64,000 nt of DNA from Callorhinchus milii (lineage: Eukaryota). A program made the translations under genes and the position numbers. The notes below the pieces were generated by a model. It was not told the DNA's origin. It made no database searches and saw only the letters and a program-made list of their open reading frames with translations. Shown one piece after another: positions 30,401 to 39,734 of this stretch (its first letter is position 1; each line of letters opens with the position of its first letter). The DNA lies in assembly GCF_018977255.1 (NCBI RefSeq), contig NW_024704743.1:106146001-106210000 (forward strand), in the 5' to 3' direction.

Positions 30401-31062
30401 AGAAGTGCACACACGAAGAATACCTTTCGAAAAGTCAAAAGACATCCATTTTCTCATGTGTGTATGGCATGAGGAAATACCTAATAACAAAGTAAAGAAC
30501 AGCAAAGAAAGAGAATAAAATCAGGAACAACAAGGAGTTAAGCAAAACAAATATTTCCTTCCATCTGGTTCTACCAATATAACCAGACATCCTCACTTCC
30601 AATTTATGTGTTAAAATGACAGAGTATTAAACTATGTTTCTAAAATTAACTCTGTATGTAGGTACTTACAGGAGACAAAAATCTGGATGTTGTGAATACA
30701 GTGAAAACACTGAATAGATGTAAATAGATGACTCATAATGCACTGTTGTGAAGAACAAACTCTTTCTAGATTTGGACTTTTTCAGGATAAAGTAAACGTT
30801 ACAAACTCATGAACTCTTTGCTGGAGGAATTATTGGAATTTATACCTGGTATAAAATTGTAGCAGTTATCAATATGTTGTTATTGCTTTAAATGTATTGA
30901 TTATAAGCTGGATAAGATCTTAAATTATTCAATTATCAGCACGGCATTTTATTTTTTTCTTCTTTAAGGTGGTTTACGGTGGAGAAAGGGACTGTTGTAC
31001 AGCTGTATTTAAAAGATTTAAGTAAACTTCAAACTTATAGTCCTCCTGTAGAAGACTCTTAA
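246..31062 (+). CDS. RP1: 3' part (22 coding exons, ~1050 aa, 8 tandem PLAT/LH2 domains) of a multi-PLAT protein gene; probable RP1 long PLAT-containing isoform or LOXHD1-like gene. 5' end lies outside the window
   Basis: Seen: 22 exons with AG/GT boundaries and continuous phase, 3152 nt in total, ending in TAA. Recurrent PLAT motifs Y-x-V-x-x-x-TG, YGENGDT, DLG/DIG, GW(F/Y)L, (Y/F)VFP and WL. The symbol rests on synteny: RP1 lies directly upstream of XKR4 in the same orientation in mammals (recalled). The DCX exons are not in the window. Confidence 0.7.
703..968 (+). mobile_element. tRNA-derived SINE, 5'-truncated, shortened subfamily
   Basis: ttgggcaagtttccttactccacac...ctgtttgtgggacattgctgtgcgcaattggctgccgcg...(att)n. 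Confidence 0.88.
3784..3859 (+). CDS. PLAT gene exon b ([25 protein letters not shown])
   Basis: Polypyrimidine tract and cag acceptor, g|gtatt donor, phase 0 to 1; AVDLG motif. Confidence 0.9.
4680..5060 (+). mobile_element. DeuSINE copy (further copies near 5350-5620, 16150-16460, 22040-22365; minus-strand copy near 2680-3090)
   Basis: ccttcagatgaaactttaaac...aaagttcccatggcacc...ggagtttctcatggtgtcctggccaac. Confidence 0.75.
5144..5275 (+). CDS. PLAT gene exon c ([12 protein letters not shown]...YTFSHDDWI...IIHLQ)
   Basis: cag acceptor, g|gtatc donor, phase 1 to 1; WFLEKI motif. Confidence 0.9.
5721..6347. repeat. Tandem duplication of a ~310-bp intronic unit
   Basis: 5721-6028 and 6029-6347 are nearly identical apart from small indels. 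Confidence 0.9.
6465..6655 (+). CDS. PLAT gene exon d (linker and PLAT2 N-part: GNWIVWLHT...IVFGKNNKS...EPFE)
   Basis: ttcag acceptor, gaa|gtaagt donor, phase 1 to 0. Confidence 0.87.
7365..7643 (+). mobile_element. CR1 LINE 3' end
   Basis: [35 protein letters not shown], then gggccgaatggcctgctcctgctcc and an (ATGTT)n tail. Confidence 0.9.
7589..7643. repeat. (ATGTT)n microsatellite forming the tail of a CR1 element
   Basis: About 11 perfect units. Confidence 0.95.
8038..8460 (-). mobile_element. CR1 LINE 3' end
   Basis: cataagaacataagaa tail (reverse), gggagcctgttccacaagttcactatt (reverse of the WN.LP motif). Confidence 0.75.
9158..9244 (+). CDS. PLAT gene exon e ([29 protein letters not shown])
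   Basis: ttctag acceptor, aag|gtggg donor, phase 0 to 0; EDIGEI motif. Confidence 0.87.
9290..9495 (-). mobile_element. SINE 3' half
   Basis: Reverse complement of the shared SINE tail. Confidence 0.85.
9602..9734 (+). CDS. PLAT gene exon f ([22 protein letters not shown]...[16 protein letters not shown])
   Basis: ctcag acceptor, g|gtaaat donor, phase 0 to 1. Confidence 0.88.
9800..10020. repeat. Degenerate ~29-bp tandem repeat (tacagtctaatccac..tattt.atc)
   Basis: Recurring ctaatccac / cagtcta motif at regular spacing. Confidence 0.55.
10766..10917 (+). CDS. PLAT gene exon g (PLAT3: [37 protein letters not shown]...FDKGQ)
   Basis: tgcag acceptor, cag|gttagt donor; canonical PLAT N-terminal motif. 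Confidence 0.95.
11055..11480 (-). mobile_element. Degenerate CR1 3' fragment
   Basis: gagttccacattttcaccaccctctgtgtaaagaagttcctcc (reverse of FFTQRVV..WNS). Confidence 0.7.
11570..11941 (+). mobile_element. L2 LINE 3' fragment
   Basis: [16 protein letters not shown]...RRLRS...[17 protein letters not shown]; tail tgcaag(ttg)n. Confidence 0.9.
12422..12686 (+). CDS. PLAT gene exon h ([33 protein letters not shown]...[10 protein letters not shown]...)
   Basis: ttag acceptor, g|gtacg donor, phase 0 to 1; IGHD..G.GAGWYL and FPC..WLD motifs. Confidence 0.95.
14261..14639 (-). mobile_element. Full-length tRNA-derived SINE (same family as 52826-53208)
   Basis: Reverse complement of the same head, core and tail. 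Confidence 0.9.
15150..15391 (+). CDS. PLAT gene exon i (PLAT4: [10 protein letters not shown]...[11 protein letters not shown]...SWYCEK)
   Basis: tagcag tandem acceptor, aag|gtaatg donor, phase 1 to 0. Confidence 0.9.
15551..15668 (+). CDS. PLAT gene exon j ([39 protein letters not shown])
   Basis: gtag acceptor, g|gtttga donor, phase 0 to 1. Confidence 0.83.
15887..16026 (+). CDS. PLAT gene exon k (PLAT5: KDYIFFVTT...[16 protein letters not shown]...)
   Basis: tttcag acceptor, ttg|gtaaga donor, phase 1 to 0. Confidence 0.88.
16652..16853 (+). CDS. PLAT gene exon l ([19 protein letters not shown]...TFKCK)
   Basis: gcag acceptor, g|gttagt donor, phase 0 to 1. Confidence 0.88.
17607..17663 (+). 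CDS. PLAT gene exon m (linker [19 protein letters not shown])
   Basis: gtttag acceptor, g|gtaaat donor; symmetric phase 1-1 exon of 57 nt. Confidence 0.7.
17759..17922 (+). CDS. PLAT gene exon n (PLAT6: GKWNVLLIK...[13 protein letters not shown]...VTFE)
   Basis: cacag acceptor, gag|gtgagt donor, phase 1 to 0. Confidence 0.87.
18508..18708. mobile_element. Degenerate palindromic MITE-like element (related copy near 28355-28520)
   Basis: Left arm ttttttaacaaggaatttt...caacttttgggaa against reverse of right arm ttttttaataaggaaaacc...aacatttgggaa. Confidence 0.55.
19392..19614 (+). CDS. PLAT gene exon o ([16 protein letters not shown]...[18 protein letters not shown])
   Basis: tttag acceptor, g|gtgcgt donor, phase 0 to 1; DIG..KIRLG motif. 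Confidence 0.9.
20121..20660 (-). mobile_element. L2 LINE 3' fragment
   Basis: Minus-strand [21 protein letters not shown]...IQLIQNSA and [13 protein letters not shown]; tail (aac)n ttgcacttatatagcacc. Confidence 0.9.
22464..22618 (+). CDS. PLAT gene exon p (PLAT7: VTYNLKMY...[14 protein letters not shown]...)
   Basis: ttgcag acceptor, aag|gtact donor, phase 1 to 0. Confidence 0.92.
22661..24338 (+). mobile_element. L2-clade LINE, 5'-truncated, frameshifted RT and 3' UTR
   Basis: [75 protein letters not shown]; tail ...gacgtgaaaggcgctctataaatgtaatt(TTG)n. Confidence 0.95.
24560..24860 (-). mobile_element. AmnSINE2-like ancient SINE
   Basis: Reverse complement gaccaggaa...ggtttgaatcctggtccatgctgaatttgctgggctcagcc...agggttcctggtcct...gatcaggctctgttgtgatgc...tagcttgccaacacttactg resembles the AmnSINE2 consensus as recalled. 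Confidence 0.55.
25472..25547 (+). CDS. PLAT gene exon q ([25 protein letters not shown])
   Basis: ctacag acceptor, a|gtaagt donor, phase 0 to 1; same 76-nt length as exon b. Confidence 0.88.
25940..26018 (+). CDS. PLAT gene exon r ([27 protein letters not shown])
   Basis: tttaag acceptor, ga|gtgagt donor, phase 1 to 2; needed to link exons q and s. Confidence 0.82.
26749..27004 (+). CDS. PLAT gene exon s (end of PLAT7, then PLAT8: VEYAVKVYT...[11 protein letters not shown]...PFKKKH)
   Basis: ttttag acceptor, cac|gtaagt donor, phase 2 to 0. Confidence 0.9.
27112..27190 (+). CDS. PLAT gene exon t ([26 protein letters not shown])
   Basis: catag acceptor, a|gtaagt donor, phase 0 to 1. Confidence 0.9.
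27398..27473 (+). CDS. PLAT gene exon u ([26 protein letters not shown])
   Basis: ttgtag acceptor, ag|gtaatg donor, phase 1 to 2; GWFL and YVFP motifs. Confidence 0.92.
29651..29803. mobile_element. Palindromic MITE-like element rich in TTAAGAC (related pieces near 19780-19930, 30300-30370, 62195-62270)
   Basis: Inverted ends gtcttagtctt...aagactaagac. Confidence 0.55.
30969..31062 (+). CDS. PLAT gene terminal coding exon ([30 protein letters not shown])
   Basis: Long polypyrimidine tract and taag acceptor; phase 2 completes NR|W; TAA at 31060-31062. Confidence 0.85.
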
Positions 31063-31391
31063 TGTGAACATTTCTGAGGCAAGTGAAATCTTTTCGGTTT
31101 CCAGTTCTAGTAAACTCACATAAAAAAATGACATATTTATCCCAGTAGGAATACTTTGTACAAATACCCAATAATTTATATCAAGTCATCTTTAGCAACA
31201 GATTTGCAACATATAAGTAGATCTCACTTGTACCAGTGAGCTGCTGGATTACTGGATCTATTGTTTGCTATTGCAGGACATTCTTACTGTTTCAGCAGGT
31301 TCCTAGCAAATCAAACATCAAAAATTGATTTTCATTGAGAGAATGTTGTCTTCTTTCCATTTTCTCAAATGGGGAATAGTGCACAGGTTTA

Positions 31392-31397
31392 AATAAA
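31392..31397 (+). terminator. Candidate polyadenylation signal AATAAA of the PLAT gene (alternatives near 31872 and 32146)
   Basis: First AATAAA about 330 nt after the stop; the AT-rich context makes it non-specific. Confidence 0.35.
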
Positions 31398-32924
31398 ATA
31401 CTGGCACATGGAATAGCCCTTGATTAATTGATAGTGGAAATCCTGTTGACTTATTTGGCTTACATACATCTTTGAATATTCAATTTATTACAACGTTCGT
31501 ATCAATTGCAGTTCAAGTTGTTCTCATGAACTAATAGCCTTTTCATTAAAATATATAGTGGAATGAATGGTGCTTGAGCAAATGTTCCTTTTAAATGATT
31601 ATTTCCATTAACCAGGTGCCCATTATCTGGTGTATATTGTGTAGCTTGCAGTCATGCATTTTCCATTTCTCCGTCAGTTCCTCTAATGTGGTGTTCATTA
31701 AAATTATATTCATAAATTCTTTTGCAGAGAACCATGGAAGAAAATTAAAGAAAGCTACACATTATTCTAATGCCAAAGACAGTGATATATCTACAAAGCA
31801 TTGAAAGTCAAACACGAACTAGTGCAGTGAAATATTGAAATATTAGCAAGTTCTTTCATTGAATCTTTGCAAATAAAGTCACAAAGAAAATTTAAACATT
31901 ATTAGTTTCTGATATGATTCTTATAATATACCCTTCTTGATGATCGGTGTTTTTCTAAATGTAGAATATTCTAAATAAGTAAAATGATAATGATGCAGGG
32001 GTCAGCAGAAAAAAAATGTACACTGGGCTAAATATCTACTGGATGCTGTGTATAAAACAAATTAACATATTAGCAGTTGCTAAATCTATTTGAAAATTAA
32101 CTGAAATATACAGTTTTTTCCTTTAATTTAATTCCATAGCATTAAAATAAAATACGCTTTCATTTTTAGAGCAAATTAAGATCTCATATTTCAAGATTTT
32201 TTTTGCTGCAAAGTATCTGTTATGTGAGTAATTAGAATTTAATAAGAGATAAATAATGGAATATAGAGATGTTTGGTATTGTTGGTGTTATTAAATAAAC
32301 AGATTAAATGCATAATTCTGTTGTTGACCAAAGTATTAAAAACATGCTTCTTAAGCAGACTAGACCAAATATGCAGAAAGTCTTATAAATGTAAACTATT
32401 GTATTCGACAGCTAAAATATGTATTCTATTCTGCAAAGAATTTTACATTGATATAATAAATTGCACTGACTTTTAAGTACGTTTTCAGACACATTTTTGG
32501 TATGTTTGCTTTCTTTAACAAACAGATTTAATGCTGAAAAGAGTCCATCTTCTGACATTGTTCTGTTTCAGTTGTGACTTATCAGTGGAAATAATCAAAT
32601 ATTGTGCTGATCTATGAAAAAATCAGTCAGGCTGAACAACCATTACTGTTATTGTGTACTATGTAGCATTGGAAGCTCAGCAAAATAATAGCTAGTAAGA
32701 GCTTTTTGTGACATTGGGGTCTTAAATGTGAGTTAGGTTAATAATTGGCCCATTGGCTAACCACGTTCAAACACATACATGTGTCCTTAATTATGTAAAT
32801 TGAACAATGTAAAGGACGGTAGGTGCTTCTGTAAATCATTCATTGGTTAATTATTTAATTGACACATTTGGATGTGCTTGAATGTAGTTAGCAACTTTCA
32901 CTTATGCAGCACCTTTCACATTGT

Positions 32925-33330
32925 GTCAGCTTGACTCAGTTGGCAGCACTCTCACTTCTGTGTCAGATGCTTGTGGGTTCAAGTATCACTTGGGATTGGA
33001 ACTCATATAGTTTAAAATGACACTCATTTGCATTGTTGGTGGTACTATCCTTCAGGTGAGATGTTAAACTGAGGCCCTGTCTGCCTGTTCAACTGGACCT
33101 TAAAGATCTCATGATATTTTTTTAAAAGAGAGTTTCTCCCGGTGACCTCTCCAACAATTTCCCCAAATAAAATTGGTCATTCACTTCATGGCTGTTTGTG
33201 GAACATTGCTGGGCACAAATTTGCTGTCGCGTTTGCCCACACACAAAAAAATGTTACTGCACTTTTACAGTCTATTCTATGAAACCCTTTCGGATGACGT
33301 CCTGATGTGAAAGGTGCTATATCAAATGTA
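32925..33330 (+). mobile_element. DeuSINE (SacSINE1/AmnSINE1-like Deu core) with tRNA-like head
   Basis: Head gactcagttggcagcactctcacttctg..cagatgcttgtgggttcaagt; Deu-like core atgttaaactgaggccctgtctgcctgttc...aaagatctcatg...tctcccggtg; shared tail. Confidence 0.8.
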
Positions 33331-36300
33331 TTCAGCTTTGATGAGTTTTCTATGTGATCTGCCAAACAAGACTATGATCTGACATCTCTTAAACTTAATA
33401 CACTGTAAACGAGCACATTGGATGAAAATGATGTAACTCATGCTGGAACCTACCCTTAATAACATTGGTGAGATGCAGAGATCAGCTGTCAGGCTTTCAC
33501 AAAATGATTATAGGAGCAGCACCATGTGTTTCTGCTGACTTATGTCACATCACACAATAATGACATACATACAGGAGCAGCTGCCACTCAGTGATCTGTA
33601 TCAATTTAAAAAGTCTGGAGATAAGCCTTTACTTAAGGTGTGGCATATGCTTAATAGAGAGCCTGGCCCTTTGGAAGATCTGATGATCGGTTAAATTGGA
33701 TAATTGACTTCCTCTGAAAACATAAATGTGCATCTGGAAAACTCCACAAATAACATCATAACCTGGAGATTTCAATGCAAAATTGTAGTTCACTTGCTGT
33801 ACCTATCACAGCATGCCATAGGCTGTGGGATGTAATGAATTACCCAGTAGTATTTCGTACAATTCTTCAGATCACTCTGTATTCTCAACAATCACTAGTC
33901 AGAATCCTGTGACATCTGTCTTCATCACATTTCCTCTGGCTGAACCCTCATGTTACATGATACAGGAGAGAGAACCTTCAGCAACACAAAGCCATGTAAG
34001 CTAGAAAGATGCAGATCAAATCTTGGGCCATGGAGAATGAGAGTGCAGAGCAGCCGTTCACCCTACACTTCACCCTGTACATTTCCCCTCAATAGATGAC
34101 TGCTCACATTGTGTAACGTTCAGCCTTTTCAGTATTTAAATGTTTATAGCGAACACCCGGATATAACACTCTTTTTTCCCCAAGTCCCCAGGTCGTGCAT
34201 TATACCGAGATCAACTTGTATATGTTTCAAAAGCAGACATCAACCAACAAGCACATCATAGTTAGCAACAAAGTTAATTTAATGTAATATAACACCATAA
34301 CAAAGTAATATAATATAACATAGTAATCTTATAATAAAATCTTTGTCACTGAATGTTCACATATCTATATCCACACTGGACTAGCAATACTAAGCACTTG
34401 ATGTTTTACAGAACAAACAACTGCATGCAGCACAATTGTACCCTGATTTAGCATGCATATACCTAATAATTATATCATATTAATATTGGCATAAATGTTA
34501 TTTTAAAAATCATCCAAACATTGAAACATAAACTAAGTATACAATCTGAATGAATTACTTTCTCTTCTGGCTACATTGCCAGCAAAATGATTTTACATTG
34601 TGACCAATAGCCTCAATCCATCGTAAAGGCAATATAAATGGCATTCTAATGCATGAGTTCACATGGCTTCATGCTGCATTTTGTATTTTTTCACCTATTT
34701 CTCACTGTATAATTTACGCACTCCATTACATGTATTCTCTGAGGTGGACATTATGCATGGCAATGTTGCAACGTGCACCATTATTGCATTCCTCAGAGAA
34801 TTTATTCAGAAATCAATGTGCCAGTACATTGCTTGTACTGTCAACCTCCATGACAGTCCTTTATGCATGCTAAACTTTTCTAATGGGAGTACACTGCACT
34901 GCTAAATTTATGTGAAATACCAGTGCATTATTTCTTATTGTTTATCTATACAGCCCTTAAAAATTAAATGATACCTAATGGCAAAATCAGGCAGGTTATT
35001 TAACTGTATTTTTATGTGCCAACAGAATGTGTAATGTAAAACCAATCAATTATACTACCATTACATTTCAAAACTGTTGATTTCACCAGATATGTTAGCA
35101 GTTGTTTCAATCTTGTCTTTAATCAAATACTTTATGTATCACAACGTTGTTTCCAATTTCTAAGAGGCAGTGTGGGGGAAATATAATAAAACCTAAATTT
35201 AACAAAAAGGGGAACAAATCTTATTTATCAATGGAATGAGGAACAAATTCAATCATGACAAAAATAACAAATGTGCATGTGAAAATTGCAATGACGTGAT
35301 GTTCTCATCAATAATGCACAGCACTTAGTGACTTCATGATCATGAACAAATCGACTAATTTCCCTCCCCCTCCCCCCACCCCCACCCCCCACCAGGAAGT
35401 GCTGGAAGGGGACCACCACCCGTATTCATGGCTGTACCATTTAGTGGAATACAGCTTTTTTTTAGTAACAACTGCCAACCAATGTTGTGATGTTTGAGCC
35501 AGAAATCCAATGTGGTGTGACCTACTTCATGCCGTGACCAATGAGAAGTGTGGGGGTGAGAGGCTCTACCTTCAGGACACCCAGGGATTAGTCATTGCTT
35601 TAATTATCATAAAGTCACTAAATTCAATGTATGTGCTAATTAGCACCATAGGTGTTAATTAGCACATCACAATATTGCAATTGTCACCCCATGAACTAAA
35701 TAGTACATCATGAAATGAGCTACACGAAGCTCCTTAATATACTTCAGTAATGTCATGATCATTCATTTACTGTCTCAAGGCAACAAGCCAAATACTATGT
35801 ACCAGTAAATTCCTTATTTTGGTTCAGGTTAACCTCAAAGGCTTTGGTCCTGATAAACTAAGAAAATAATAAACGCATTGCAAAGATAAATTGATAATGT
35901 CACTTAAAATAAGTTGTCAGGTTTAAAAACACTATACTATGTACATATACATACATATATGTATAGATAGATTCAAATAGAAGTACCAGTAAACCTCTCT
36001 TCACCTCCGCCAACACACACACACCTTGCCTTCTCCCAGCCAGATGGTGAAGGAAATAAAGTTGATTCTGCTAACATTGAGACACATCTGCAGGTAACTA
36101 AGCAACAGAACAGCAGCTATTACCATGGAGGATGCACATCCTTTTGTGAAGTCTGTGCTGTTTGAAATCTGCATCTTCCACTGTATTGTATTGGCAAACA
36201 ATACTTTCAATTGGTTAGAGGCGCGACAATGATATTAATATTAATACATTGAGTAATTTTAGTAAGGTTGGTGCTGAAAGTATATTTTGTGCAGGACATG

Positions 36301-37179
36301 AATAGGATTTTAAACTAATAGTAGTAATAATAAAAATAATAATAATAATCTTTCCATTTGATACAACATCATTGAAATGCTTCAAAGTGCTTCACAGGGT
36401 TTTACTGTAAAGCATAGTATTTATAGGCAGACACTGAATCCGCTGATGTAGGTGTTTTACACTGTGATCCATGATTCAGCTCGGATCCTTCATATTCAAT
36501 GGGCATTCAGAAATTCTAGCTACAACAATACCAGTTTATTTTGGCCAGAATCTTCTCCTTTTGAAAATATATTGTCTTATTAATATCTTATTGGAATACT
36601 AATCTTTGATAAGATTAGTATTCCAATGCAGATACTTCCATTTCACATGCATTATAGATCATTCTAGTACAAACATGGAATGCTCCTGAGATCCTTGATT
36701 TAAGAATTTAAGGGGAGGAATAAGTGGTCTCCCCTTGGAGCTGAGATGGCTGCAAGGTAACATGCCTGACAACAAAATGTCAGAATGAGTCAATCCTTTG
36801 TGGCAGTCCGCAGTGCTCCAGTGGTTAAACTTCCCTAGTTAAACTCCCCTGGCAGTATGCCAACACACACTTTGGGGTCCTCGTGCCTTGGCTCGTACCA
36901 ACCTGCACTGCCTCCAGAAGGAGAATGTGCATATGTTCCAGAGAATGGGAAATTTCCATGTATAGCTGTCACGCACATATGGAACTCTCAATTTGTTTTT
37001 GATACTATTAAGCATGGCAATGGAATTCCACATGTGACAGACCTCCAAATGATCAACACTAATGTAGTGTATATTATTACATGAGCTGCACCGCCCTGAA
37101 ACAGGCCATTTAGCCCAAATAGTCAGTGAGAGTGTTTATACGCGACAAGAGCCATCGCACCTCCTAATCACCTCTCCCA

Positions 37180-37842
37180 TACCCCTTTACTCTGCCCCTC
37201 CTAATATCCTCTCCCATACTCCCATACCACTATGCCAGGAAACTTTGGAATTCCCTCCCTCAATCCCTTCGCCATTGTTAAGCGCTCTGAGACTCCGCCC
37301 GAAGTGGAGGGCACTATATAAATGCAAGTTGTTGTTCTTATTCCCTTTTCCCTTATGTATGTGATGTGTTGTATTTGAAATTCATTACTGGTGATAAATA
37401 TCACATCATATCATATCCCATATGTTTCCTCCCATTACTTAATAGTTGAATTACTTGTGGTCTGAATTTCAATGTGAACCACCATTTTTTTTGTTTACCA
37501 TTATAAACAGGGTTGCCAACTTTCCATTTTGAAAAAAATTGATAGGTAATATCGAAGTTTATTTTACCAGGTTTTTTTTGGGAGGGGGGGAAGGGGGGTG
37601 GGGGGATTTTTACAAATGTTAGCTTTAACCAACAACAAGAACATTTCTATACCCCAAAACTCTGGAAACACTCTTCCTTTGTCCCTCCGCCTTGCTTCCC
37701 CATCTTCAGCTCATGCCTGAAGACCCTCCTCTTCGACCGTGCCTTCGGTCACCACCCCCCGACGACGTGCTCCACCACTGTCAAGCATTCTCAGACGCTA
37801 CCCTGCGTGAGTGGCACTATGTAAATGCAAGTTGTTGTTGCT
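37180..37842 (+). mobile_element. Two short L2 3'-end fragments (about 37180-37340 and 37650-37842)
   Basis: aactttggaattccctccct and aaactctggaa motifs, gcactat.taaatgcaag(ttg)n tails. Confidence 0.7.
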
Positions 37843-37889
37843 GTTTTAATGTTCTGTGTAATTTCATGTATATATGATATATATCTAAT

Positions 37890-38183
37890 AAACTTTGCAT
37901 TTGATATAGCGCTTTTCACATCTTACAGACGTCTCAAAGTACTTCAATGAATATACTGTAAATTGACTGTATATTTGTGGGTGAAACCCGGCAGCCAATT
38001 GAGCACAGCAGTGTCCCACAAACAGTCATGGATTGGAGTGAACAATTTATTATTGTTTCTTTTCTTGAGGGATTATTATCAGGCGTGTGGAGTAGGGAAA
38101 CTTGCCCAAGGTTTGCCCTGCCAGGAATCAACCCAGGTCATTTGCTTGTGAGGCTAGTGCTCCAACCATTGAGCTGTAGGACT
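37890..38183 (-). mobile_element. tRNA-derived SINE, shortened subfamily
   Basis: Same structure as 55026-55332. Confidence 0.88.
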
Positions 38184-39145
38184 TCACTATTTCTCTGATC
38201 AACTCTGGAAAGAACATCGGAATACTGCACATTACAATGTAGGAACGTTCAATGTTGATATGTATCACCTAATTGGGAAGAAGATACAAGGGGTGCAATG
38301 ATTAAAAAGTGTTTTGAATGCATTTGAAAGCCAAGCACAAGCAAAGGGATAACAACAATTGATATAGTGTTTTTCATATTGGGATGTTGTCTCAAACAGG
38401 ATTTTGTTGTAAAGTGCAGTGACTGTGTATTTTGACTGTCATCTGTGATCAAGTGCACAGTGAGTGCACACATTCTGGTGGGACACCAGAAAGTTCTGGT
38501 TTTCTCTTTTTTCCCTCTTATATTTTAATAACACTCCTAGCATTTGATATCATAGCTTTTACGTCGGGAAAATGTCTCAAAGCACTTCACAGGATTTACT
38601 GAAAAATGGAACAACCGTATATTTTGTCGGTGAACTCGGCAGCCAATTTGCACAGGGGAGTGACCAACAAACAGCCATTAATATTGTCTTTTTTTTAAAA
38701 AAACAATTTAGAAATCGGCTACTGCCAACCCTAATACTGAACAAATGTCATGTTTTATTATTTACAGTGCAAGAATGCTTTAAGAATACATACATGCGGT
38801 AATACACAGAATACATCAGCAGAGCTTTTGCAATAAAAAAATGCCCTTCATTAGAAACTGGAATCAAAGTGCTGAAACCTTTTTTTGATGGGGGGGTGTG
38901 GAGGGGGTGTGTGGAGGGGGTGGGGGGGGTTTGGTGGGATGGGGTGGGGGGGAAACTGGACACATACATAAAGGAAATGGGGAGAGAGGGGGAGAGGAGA
39001 GTATTTGCTCTCTATCTCCCTTTGGCACCTGGGGATCGCCGGGTTGGGTTTTCTTTGGGAAGATGGGTTGGTAAAGGGGAAGGATGGGAACCTCACCCAC
39101 CTTGTCCAGCCGGGAAGCCACAGAGCAGGGAAAAAAAAGGAGGTG

Positions 39146-39733
39146 GAGGGGAGGGAGGAGATAGAGGAAGGGAGGGAGGGAGGAGATAGAGGAGGGGAGG
39201 GAGGAGATAGAGGAAGGGAGGGAGGGAGGAGATAGAGGAGGGGAGGGAGGAGATAGAGGAAGGGAGGGAGGAGATAGAGGAGGGGAGGGAGGGAGGAGAT
39301 AGAGGAGGGGAGGGAGGAGATAGAGGAAGGGAGGGAGTCAGGAGATAGAGGAAGGGAGGGAGGAGATAGAGGAAGGGACGGAGGGAGGGAGGAGATAGAG
39401 GAGGGGAGGGAGGAGATAGAGGAAGGGAGGGGAGAAGGAGATAGAGGAAGGGAGGGAGGAGATAGAGGAGGGGAGGGAGGAGATAGAGGAAGGGAGGGAG
39501 GAGATAGAGGAAGGGACGGAGGGAGGCGATAGAGGAAGGGAGGGAGGAGATAGAGGAAGGGAGGGAGGATATAGAGGAGGGGAGGGAGGGAGGAGATAGA
39601 GGAAGGGAGGGAGGAGATAGAGGAGGGGAGGGAGGGAGGAGATAGAGGAAGGGAGGGAGGAGATAGAGGAAGGGAGGAGAGGGGAGGGAGGAGATAGAGG
39701 AAGGGAGGGAGGGAGGGAGGAGGGAGAGGGAGG
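39146..39733. repeat. Near-homopurine minisatellite, unit about GGAGGAGATAGAGGA(A/G)GGGAG(GGAG), 21-25 bp
   Basis: Directly visible tandem array. Confidence 0.95.
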
Positions 39734-39734
39734 G

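Noticed and set aside
33740..33790. GDFNAK endonuclease-like motif
   Set aside because: Probably a LINE endonuclease remnant, but too short and degenerate to set boundaries.
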